Assembly: GCA_027031765.1 (NCBI GenBank)
Contig: JALVPN010000199.1
Location: 6,428 to 25,364, forward strand
Direction of reading: 5' to 3'
DNA from: Promethearchaeota archaeon
Lineage (GTDB): Archaea; Asgardarchaeota; Thorarchaeia; Thorarchaeales; Thorarchaeaceae
DNA: 18,937 bases
Part shown: piece after piece, positions 1 through 6,716 of the stretch
How the letters are laid out: the number at the start of each line of letters is the position of its first letter
Numbering within the stretch: position 1 is the stretch's first letter
The notes under the pieces: model-generated
The model's input: only the letters and a program-made list of their open reading frames with translations
The model's database searches: none
Told to the model about the DNA's origin: nothing
Made by a program: the position numbers and the translations under genes

Positions 1-125
1 ACAAGCCCCATTGTGTCGCCGCGTCGCAGGTACAGCTCGACACCGTCGAGTGCCTTGACCACGCCCTCGTAGGTGTAGAAGTTGACGCGGAGACCGCTCA
101 CGCGTAGAACAAAGTCCTCAGCCAC
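1..125 (-). CDS. dppD: Dipeptide/oligopeptide ABC transporter ATP-binding subunit, N-terminal fragment (runs off the left edge of the window)
   Basis: Not in the ORF track. A GTG at 125 lies 2 nt after the dppC stop and translates as MAEDFVLRVSGLRVNFYTYEGVVKALDGVELYLRRGDTMGLV, the typical DppD/OppD N-terminus just before Walker A (LRV.FYTYEGVVKALDGV...GETLGLVGESG). Confidence 0.9.
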   Translation of the reverse strand, partial: MAEDFVLRVSGLRVNFYTYEGVVKALDGVELYLRRGDTMGL

Positions 126-127
126 TG

Positions 128-1438
128 CTATCGCCTCCTGAGCTTCGGGTCCATGATATCCCTGATGCCGTCGCCAACGAGGTTGAAGGCAAGGGCCGTC
201 AGCAGGATTGCCAGGCCCGGATAGAGGGAGATCCATGGGCATATCAGCAGGTAGTCCTGGCCCCGTGAGATCATCAGGCCCCACTCGGCAACACCCGCTT
301 TCGGGCCGAAACCAATGTATGAGAGGCCCGCAGCGGTGAGCAGCACGCCACCAATGTCCATTGTGGCCTGCACAATCAGGGGCTGGATGGTGTTTGGGAC
401 TATGTGGAACAGGAGGATCCTGCTGTCGCTGGCACCGACTGACCGTGCGGCCTCGACGTACAGCTTCTCCCGTTCGGACAGCACCTGTCCACGTACGAGC
501 CGCGCGTAGCTGGGCCACCACGTGACCATCAGCGCGATGGAGATGTTGTCCAAGCTGCGTTCACCAAGGGCCATCACAATGGCCATTGCCAGGATGAGCC
601 CTGGGAATGCGAAGAACACGTCCGTTATGCGCATCACCAGTTCGTCCAGTTTGCCACCATAGTAGCCTGATGCAGCACCGATCAGCGTACCGAGGACGAG
701 CGCCACAACGACAATCTGCACTGATATCCGCAGGTCGACCTGTGCACCCCACACAATCCTGCTGAATATGTCACCACCGACATCGTCTGTGCCCCAGATG
801 TGCTTCGGGTTCGGGGCCTGATAAGAGTCCTCCCAGATACGCTGCTCGGGGCCGTATGGCGCTATGTCCGCTGCAAAGAGGGCCACCAGAGTGAAGCCGA
901 CAATAATTGCGATGCCAGCCACGACGAGTGGGCTCTTACCCACAAGGTACAGGCTGTACCGCATCTCCTTTAGCCGTGGCTTCATGTCCTCCTTGAACTC
1001 TGCCCACCAGAGGCGCCGGACGCCCGGCAGGAACAGCACCAGCAGTGCAAGTACGCAGGGTGGGATCACGTACACCGTCAGTTCCGGCACCAGCAGGAAG
1101 ACGAGGATGTAGAGGACATTGGCGTAGAGCGTCCAGCTGAACGCCTGCGTGTCACCGATGACGAGGAGGTCTCCAATACGTAGCATCACGTAGGCAAGGA
1201 AGAGGACAAAGAGGCCGTGGAGGACGTACCCCGAGACATATGCAGGCATCTCAGCGACGACGCCCAGCACGCCCATCACAGACATCACAAGGTAACCGAG
1301 CACAAGCGTGCCACCGAAGACCAGGCCAGCCATGGAGAGGAGGACCATGATGGCCCGCAGGAACCGCACGGGCGCCTTCCTGAACTCCTCGACCGAGATG
1401 ACACGCTCCTCGAAACCGGTCTCTACGAGTTCACTCAT
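128..1438 (-). CDS. dppC: Dipeptide/oligopeptide ABC transporter permease (DppC/OppC) with an extra N-terminal membrane domain
   Basis: Contains HIWGTDDVGGDIFSRIVWGAQVDL, the EAA loop (YVEAARSVGASDSRILLFHIVPN) and the LSYIGFG and YPGLAILLTALAFNLVGDGIRDIMDP C-terminus. SD AGGAGGTG at 1448-1455. Confidence 0.95.
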   Translation of the reverse strand: MSELVETGFEERVISVEEFRKAPVRFLRAIMVLLSMAGLVFGGTLVLGYLVMSVMGVLGVVAEMPAYVSGYVLHGLFVLFLAYVMLRIGDLLVIGDTQAFSWTLYANVLYILVFLLVPELTVYVIPPCVLALLVLFLPGVRRLWWAEFKEDMKPRLKEMRYSLYLVGKSPLVVAGIAIIVGFTLVALFAADIAPYGPEQRIWEDSYQAPNPKHIWGTDDVGGDIFSRIVWGAQVDLRISVQIVVVALVLGTLIGAASGYYGGKLDELVMRITDVFFAFPGLILAMAIVMALGERSLDNISIALMVTWWPSYARLVRGQVLSEREKLYVEAARSVGASDSRILLFHIVPNTIQPLIVQATMDIGGVLLTAAGLSYIGFGPKAGVAEWGLMISRGQDYLLICPWISLYPGLAILLTALAFNLVGDGIRDIMDPKLRRR

Positions 1439-1447
1439 CCGTCACGA

Positions 1448-1455
1448 CACCTCCT
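1448..1455 (-). promoter_or_regulatory. Shine-Dalgarno site of dppC (AGGAGGTG)
   Basis: Strong SD match 9 nt upstream of the ATG at 1438, directly after the dppB stop codon. Confidence 0.8.
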
Positions 1456-2499
1456 TCATCCGAACCTGATCCGCGGGTCAAGCACACCGTACACGAGGTC
1501 CACAATGAGGTTCGCCGTGACGAAGATCAGGGCCACGAGCAGTGTGAACCCGTTGATGGCTGCGATGTCAGAGTTCAGGATGGCACGCACGGCCCATCGT
1601 CCCAGTCCGGGCCAGTTGTAGATGGTCTCCGTCAGCACTGCGCCGGACATCAGCCCTCCAAATGCGAGGCCAATGACCGTCACGGTGGGGATCATTGCGT
1701 TGCGCAGTGCGTGCTTGTAGATGACAACCCTCTCTGACAGGCCCTTGGACTTGGCAAGGGTGATGTAGTCCTCTCTCAGCACCTCAAGCATGCTTGACCG
1801 CATCATCCTTGTGATTATTGCCAAGGTGAGGTAGCCGAGACAGAAACCGGGTAGTACTAGGTGCATGAGCCCGTCAGCGAACAGCTCCAGGTTCTGGTGA
1901 TACACGATGGCATCGAACAGGACAAACCCTGTTACCCGGTAGTCCTTTTCGTAGTCGAACACACGCCCGTTGAGCCGGTCGCCAGATGGGAAGTGGGGCA
2001 GGCCCGCACGGTAGAGCTGGAAGTAGAGCACGTACTTGAGCATGAGGCCGAACCAGAAGATGGGCATGGACACACCGGCCAGCGAGAACACACGTGTGAA
2101 GTGGTCCACCGGCTTGTCCTTGCGGGTCGCGGACACTATCCCGAGGGGGATGCCCAGCATCACAGCAAAGACCATGGACACCATGGCCAGCTCGATTGTG
2201 GCAGGGAACTTGTCCGCTATCACTTCCAGCACGGGCATGTCACGTGCGCTGCTCATGCTCATGCCCCAGTCACCACGTAGCAGGTTCGATATGTACATGA
2301 AGTACTGTACTGGGAGCGGCTGGTCAAGCCCGTGTGCCTTCTTGATACCCGGGATTGCCGAGTCGGGGGTCCTCTCAGTGATGTACATGACCACGGGGTC
2401 ACCAACAATGTATGAGAGGAACCACGTGATAGTGAGCACCCCGAAGACCACCGGGATTGCAAGCAATATTCTCCTAATGATGAAGTCCCTAAGCTTCAT
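1456..2499 (-). CDS. dppB: Dipeptide/oligopeptide ABC transporter permease (DppB/OppB)
   Basis: MKLRDFIIRRILLAIPVVFGV N-terminus, GLDQPLPVQYFMYISNLLRGDWG, FPATIELA, RMMRSSMLEVLREDYITLAKSKGL (EAA-like), HALRNAMIP, GAVLTETIYNWPGLG and DLVYGVLDPRIR. The start is moved from TTG 2532 to ATG 2499 (GAGGA SD 7 nt upstream and the family N-terminus). Confidence 0.95.
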   Translation of the reverse strand: MKLRDFIIRRILLAIPVVFGVLTITWFLSYIVGDPVVMYITERTPDSAIPGIKKAHGLDQPLPVQYFMYISNLLRGDWGMSMSSARDMPVLEVIADKFPATIELAMVSMVFAVMLGIPLGIVSATRKDKPVDHFTRVFSLAGVSMPIFWFGLMLKYVLYFQLYRAGLPHFPSGDRLNGRVFDYEKDYRVTGFVLFDAIVYHQNLELFADGLMHLVLPGFCLGYLTLAIITRMMRSSMLEVLREDYITLAKSKGLSERVVIYKHALRNAMIPTVTVIGLAFGGLMSGAVLTETIYNWPGLGRWAVRAILNSDIAAINGFTLLVALIFVTANLIVDLVYGVLDPRIRFG

Positions 2500-2570
2500 T
2501 CCACAGTCCTCTTCACGAGTCGCTCCGCTCAAGCCTCGCTTGCGCCTGACCGCCGAGGCCAGCGGGCGAT

Positions 2571-2582
2571 ACTTATGTCTTT
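2571..2582 (-). promoter_or_regulatory. Putative BRE/TATA-like promoter of the dpp operon (AAAGACATAAGT)
   Basis: AT-rich 12-mer in GC-rich DNA, 71 nt upstream of the dppB ATG. It is 10/12 identical to the 12-mer upstream of the carbamoyltransferase at 4489. Confidence 0.45.
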
Positions 2583-3057
2583 AGATGCTGGTGCGAGGTG
2601 AACACCTCAAACAATGACACTCCCCCACCAATCCCATTATATTCCTTTGCAAAAGCGCCAGTCCACCCGTCCTGGACCACAGCCAGCCCCGGAGCAGAAC
2701 ACCAGCACAGGTCATTTGGTACGTCGCATCACAATACCGGGTCGGAAACGCCGTGCTACGACCGACCATGTCCACCAGTGAGAGCGTGTAGGGACCGTGG
2801 CAGGTCGGGGCCACGTGAGACGCGTGCCACCTGGGGGCCATTGCTGGTGCCCGTCCAGTCCATCAGACACACGAGCGCGGTAGCACTGACCCGGCAAGAT
2901 GACGCAATCAGAAAGACTTTTGCGACCACGTCCCTAGAGGGACATGAGAGCAGTGTTCAATAGACATTGATGGAAACGCAATGGGGTTGCGACCAGTGAC
3001 GGGTAGCACTTCGTGTGCCCAGCAGGCTGCTCCAGACTGAGAAAGAGGTGATAGGAC

Positions 3058-3327
3058 ATGCAGCTGACCTTTGACCGCACATGGCTGAAGCGTGCGGGAT
3101 GGGTGGCCCTTGCAATCGGGGTGTTCGTCCTCACACCATTCGTACTCAGCGTTCTCGCCGAGGTGACTGGTGTGGTCCACTTCAGGGAAATCTACGGCCC
3201 GCTGCTGATGTGGAACGACCTGTCAGCACCTGCCTTCGTCGTCGGGTTCGTCATCATCCTTGCACTGATGACCGTGATGATGTACTTGGTCCTCCGGGCG
3301 TTCAGCCCCACGGAAGGTGCATGGTGA
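3058..3327 (+). CDS. Small integral membrane protein (89 aa, 2 predicted TM helices), unknown function
   Basis: SD GAGGTGA at 3045-3051, 6 nt before the ATG. Two hydrophobic segments (AGWVALAIGVFVLTPFVLSVLA; AFVVGFVIILALMTVMMYLVL) and GC-rich third codon positions. Confidence 0.8.
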   Translation: MQLTFDRTWLKRAGWVALAIGVFVLTPFVLSVLAEVTGVVHFREIYGPLLMWNDLSAPAFVVGFVIILALMTVMMYLVLRAFSPTEGAW

Positions 3328-3349
3328 GGACGCGTCATAGGCCGTCGAC

Positions 3350-3535
3350 ATGCGGGACGACCCGTGTGCACCGTACTGGCTGTACGGCTGCATGTGTCTG
3401 GGCAGCGCCTGTACCGGCCAGTGTCCGGACATAGAATACCTGTGCATGGGATACCTGCTACCGGACAGCCATCGTGAGGGCCATCACAGCCTTCTGCACG
3501 TGCAGACGGCTCTCAGCGATGTCGTACACGATTGA
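3350..3535 (+). CDS. Possible small Cys-rich peptide (6 Cys in the first 32 aa)
   Basis: MRDDPCAPYWLYGCMCLGSACTGQCPDIEYLCMG. In the non-overlapping part 27 of 35 codons end in G/C. Against it: weak SD and a 78-nt convergent overlap with the carbamoyltransferase 3' end. Confidence 0.3.
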   Translation: MRDDPCAPYWLYGCMCLGSACTGQCPDIEYLCMGYLLPDSHREGHHSLLHVQTALSDVVHD

Positions 3536-4489
3536 CCGCGGGCCGTCGCACACCTCATCTGTGACCTCAGCCCCCCGGTCCACTGGCCCACAGTGCATGA
3601 AGTACGCGTCGTTGGTGAGCGACATCCACTCGCTCGTGCACGTCCAGTCCTCGTGGCGGGCAGCAAGTCCTATCTCACGTTGCTTCGCAGCCTCGACCCC
3701 ACGTTCCCGGGCCGTGTCGTAGAAGCCACTGGTCATCCAGTTGCGGGAGTACACAAAGTCAGCCCTGCGATACCCCTCCTCAAGGTCGTGCACAACCTCA
3801 AACCTGCCGCCTGACTCCTCGGCGTTCTCCTCGCACCACCGCATGACCTCGGGGTCAAGGTCGTACCCCTCGGGATAGGCCAGTGTCACGTCCGTCCCCA
3901 GCCGCGTGTTTATCAGGATGCTCTCCTGCACCGAGCACCATGACCTCACGAGGGCGCCCTGCGCCCACACCTGGAGCAACTTCTTGCCCCTGGGGTCACG
4001 CCCGGCATGCATCCGCATCCCCATGATGTCTGCAAGGCCTTGGCAGGGATGGAACCTGTCGTGGGCCATTGATATCACGGGCACGCTTGCCCACCGGGCA
4101 TACTCCTCAAGCAGCTCGTGCCCCTGACCATAGTACTCCAGGGCGGTCTCAAGCACCCGGATGCCAATCCCACAGGCATATCGGCTCATCACGTTGGCAG
4201 CGTCCTGGACCGTCTCACCGGCCGTCTTCGCAGACTTCAGACGCATCGACCTCGGCTCAAGGAACTGTGCATGCCCACCGAGTTCGGTCGCAGCACACTC
4301 GAAGGACTGACGTGTCCGTACGGAGGGGTTGTAGAAGAACATGAAGAATGTCCGCCTGTCAAGGCAGTTGTTCAGTGGGTGGTCGAACCGCCGCGCCTTG
4401 AAGTCAAATGCGAGCTCCAGCGTCCTCTCGATCTCATCAACGGTCCAGTCCTGTGTGCATAGCAGGTCACGGTTGTACAGTGTGTTCAT
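3458..4489 (-). CDS. Aspartate/ornithine carbamoyltransferase-superfamily enzyme, divergent paralog 1 (substrate uncertain)
   Basis: Carbamoyl-phosphate motif FFYNPSVRTRQSFE, HPCQGLAD, C-terminal [38 protein letters not shown]. The start is moved from TTG 4501 to ATG 4489 (MNTLYNRDLL aligns with the RDF motif of paralog 2). Confidence 0.9.
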   Translation of the reverse strand: MNTLYNRDLLCTQDWTVDEIERTLELAFDFKARRFDHPLNNCLDRRTFFMFFYNPSVRTRQSFECAATELGGHAQFLEPRSMRLKSAKTAGETVQDAANVMSRYACGIGIRVLETALEYYGQGHELLEEYARWASVPVISMAHDRFHPCQGLADIMGMRMHAGRDPRGKKLLQVWAQGALVRSWCSVQESILINTRLGTDVTLAYPEGYDLDPEVMRWCEENAEESGGRFEVVHDLEEGYRRADFVYSRNWMTSGFYDTARERGVEAAKQREIGLAARHEDWTCTSEWMSLTNDAYFMHCGPVDRGAEVTDEVCDGPRSIVYDIAESRLHVQKAVMALTMAVR

Positions 4490-4525
4490 CGCAGTCCACA
4501 AGACGACCGCTGTGCACCACCAAGG

Positions 4526-4537
4526 ACTTAGGTGTTT
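4526..4537 (-). promoter_or_regulatory. Putative BRE/TATA-like promoter of carbamoyltransferase 1 (AAACACCTAAGT)
   Basis: 36 nt upstream of the ATG at 4489 and similar to the 12-mer upstream of dppB. It overlaps the inverted repeat GGTGT-N8-ACACC at 4531-4548. Confidence 0.4.
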
Positions 4538-4752
4538 CGAAGCACACCCCGTCGCATGCGGTCATGCAGGCCGGTTGCCGCCAGCCTGAGCCGTGACGCA
4601 ACCCACTCCCCAAGGCATGTCCACACATCTACATCTCAGGTACACATACCGCCCGACCCACCAACACCAACACGTGGCCGCACCCGGGCATGACCTGGAC
4701 CGTACTGTGTAGGGGGGCCGGCAACATGTGGCGGCCCATGCCACCACACCGG

Positions 4753-4992
4753 TCACCCGCGGAGGAGCGACTCCAGCCTCACCAGCTCGTCGTTGACCTC
4801 CTTCGCCTTGACGATCAACCGGACGAGGGAGCTGCGGTACTCCACTTCACCAATCCGTCCTGCCCTCAGCGACTCGTCAAGGTCGAACCGCTGACGACGC
4901 AGCTCCTCAGAGGCGCGCCGGAGGGCCGCCTGTCGGATCTTGACGAATGCCTTTGAGGTGCTCTGACCAATACCAGTCGAAAGACCACTCAT
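4753..4992 (-). CDS. Small helical protein (79 aa) with a SHOCT-like GRIGEVEY motif
   Basis: ATG at 4992 with a GTGAGG SD upstream and a TATATATA box about 43 nt upstream. Charged amphipathic helices flank LRAGRIGEVEYR. Confidence 0.7.
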   Translation of the reverse strand: MSGLSTGIGQSTSKAFVKIRQAALRRASEELRRQRFDLDESLRAGRIGEVEYRSSLVRLIVKAKEVNDELVRLESLLRG

Positions 4993-5034
4993 GTACGTCA
5001 GCCTCACATGTATCATTATTACATATTATCACCA

Positions 5035-5042
5035 TATATATA
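5035..5042 (-). promoter_or_regulatory. Archaeal TATA box (TATATATA) in an AT-rich island
   Basis: Strongest TATA-like element in the window, correctly spaced for the gene starting at 4992. Confidence 0.65.
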
Positions 5043-5407
5043 GTAATCGGCGATGTCGTGGGTGGCCGCTCACTGTGGAGGAAGGCACAGCGGTCGCGCA
5101 CTGTCCCTTGGTACGCAGACGGCCAGCGCTGCGACAGGGGCCACAGGACGGTCGTCACCATGCTCAATAAGCACCACTACGGTCTCATGGACCACATTGA
5201 CTGTGGCAGCCGGGAGAGGGCATACTGCCAAGCGGGGCGAGGGCTGTGGAGCTCACCGGGGTACCCGGTGTGGAGTGGCAAGCATGGCATGGTGTGGTGG
5301 GGTGGTAGTAGACAGGTGGTCCGCACACACTCAGGGGTCTCAATTGGAGCTGCCAAGGACTGGCGAGTCCGACACAGCTGGCCAGGCACCGCCAAGTGGA
5401 GCTGCAA

Positions 5408-6454
5408 CTAGCGCATTGTGAGGGCCATCACGGCCTTCTGTACGTGCAGACGGTTCTCGGCCTGGTCGAAGACCACGGACTGGGGGCCGTCAATGACGCT
5501 GTTCGTCACCTCGAAGCCCCTGTCACATGGGAGGCAGTGCATGTAGACGGCCTTTGGACCGGCAGTCCTCATCTTCTCGTCATCGCAGATCCAGTGCTTG
5601 TTCTTGTCGAAGAGCTCCTGGGACTTGTCGAGCTCGGGTGTTGGGTTCCACGGTGGGATGGAGCCGCGGCAGGTCCAGGCCTTTGGGTACACGACGTCGG
5701 CACCCTCGAACGCCTCGTCCATGTCGTAGACGATGTCGAAGCCCGAGCCGTTCTCCTCGGCGTACTGTCTGCACTTGGCAATGACCTCGTCATCGAGTTC
5801 CATGCCCTTCGGGTGGGCCAGGACCGTGTCCATGCCCATCTTTGTGGCTGCGATGACAGCGCTCTGGGGCACTGCGAGGGGCTTGTGGACGGAGGGCGAG
5901 TAGGCCCAGCTCATCACGAAACGGACACCCCGGAAGGTGCCGAACTTCTCCTTGACAGTGAGGAGGTCAGCAAGGGCCTGACACGGGTGGTACTTGTCGT
6001 CCTCCATGTTTATGACCGGTATGTCAGCCCAGTACGCAAAGTTGTTCACGATCTCATTGGCACGGCCATAGACCCAGCCCACGGGCTCACCATAGCACCG
6101 GATGGCAATGCCATGGCCCATGCGTGAGAGCACGCGCGCAACGTCTGAGACCCGCTCTGTAGAGTACGCCTTCTCGTCGCCCTCAAGGGCAGGGGCGTAT
6201 ATCTTGCTGGGGTCGAGGAAGTGGGCGTGACCACCCAGCTGCGTCATCCCGGCCTCGAAGGAGTTGCGGGTCCGCAGGGACTGGTTGTAGAAGATCATGA
6301 ACAGCGTCTTCGTGTCCAGCAGCTTGTGTGGCTCGCCGACAGCGAACTTGCGCTTCAGGTCCAGTGCCACTTCGAGGAGCGTCTCGACCTCCTCGCGGCT
6401 GTAGTCGAGGAGGGTTATGAAGTCCCTGCCTCTGAAAGACTCCGTCTTCACCAT
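5408..6454 (-). CDS. Carbamoyltransferase paralog 2, YgeW/N-acetylornithine-transcarbamylase-like branch
   Basis: [39 protein letters not shown] (resembles YgeW WAYSPS..KPL.VPQ as recalled), [13 protein letters not shown] and [15 protein letters not shown] at 6454 is preferred over GTG at 6463. Confidence 0.9.
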   Translation of the reverse strand: MVKTESFRGRDFITLLDYSREEVETLLEVALDLKRKFAVGEPHKLLDTKTLFMIFYNQSLRTRNSFEAGMTQLGGHAHFLDPSKIYAPALEGDEKAYSTERVSDVARVLSRMGHGIAIRCYGEPVGWVYGRANEIVNNFAYWADIPVINMEDDKYHPCQALADLLTVKEKFGTFRGVRFVMSWAYSPSVHKPLAVPQSAVIAATKMGMDTVLAHPKGMELDDEVIAKCRQYAEENGSGFDIVYDMDEAFEGADVVYPKAWTCRGSIPPWNPTPELDKSQELFDKNKHWICDDEKMRTAGPKAVYMHCLPCDRGFEVTNSVIDGPQSVVFDQAENRLHVQKAVMALTMR

Positions 6455-6716
6455 GGTGACCACAGACCACAGCCCTACGCGGGGCGTCAGAAAAACGTAT
6501 GGATGGCAACGACGACGTGGAGGATTGGCGGGGGGTCAGGACGGACGGAGTGGTGCGGACGCGTGCGGTGTACCGGGCAGGTACTGGAGCTGCAACAGCA
6601 CGACAAGTAGTGCCAACACGCAGACAACAGACCTACAACAGGTTGTGACACGACCCACACAAAATGAGTTATGTAGTGGAACACTGTATGTAGGCAGTGT
6701 ACGGAAGTGTTACTAT

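Noticed and set aside
3030-3057. CTGAGA as part of a TPP riboswitch
   Set aside because: The downstream conserved TPP elements are absent and the SD follows immediately.
3317-3349. Pyrrolysine/amber readthrough extending the Cys-rich peptide (GTG 3317, TAG 3338-3340)
   Set aside because: There is no SD or homology support and no Pyl machinery in the window.
5254-5270. Perfect 7-bp hairpin CACCGGG-GTA-CCCGGTG as a terminator
   Set aside because: There is no U-tract on either strand, it lies ~140 nt from the nearest stop, and such stems are expected by chance in GC-rich DNA.
5053-5421. Plus-strand ORFs in the 5050-5410 gap
   Set aside because: They have no SD, the ATG at 5053 is too close to the TATA box, and their composition is not protein-like.
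3474-5461. 44-nt near-identity (4 mismatches) between the 3' ends of the two carbamoyltransferases (3474-3517 and 5418-5461) as gene conversion
   Set aside because: It encodes the conserved [12 protein letters not shown] motif, so protein constraint plus codon bias is sufficient to explain it.
6681-6700. Inverted repeat ACACTG-N8-CAGTGT upstream of the surface protein as an operator
   Set aside because: It is a single 6-bp arm pair with no second copy in the window; too weak to support a call.
6417-6716. 100-aa N-terminal extension of the surface protein in the ORF track
   Set aside because: It overlaps the divergent carbamoyltransferase start and intergenic DNA and has non-protein-like composition; the signal-like segment begins at ATG 6717.
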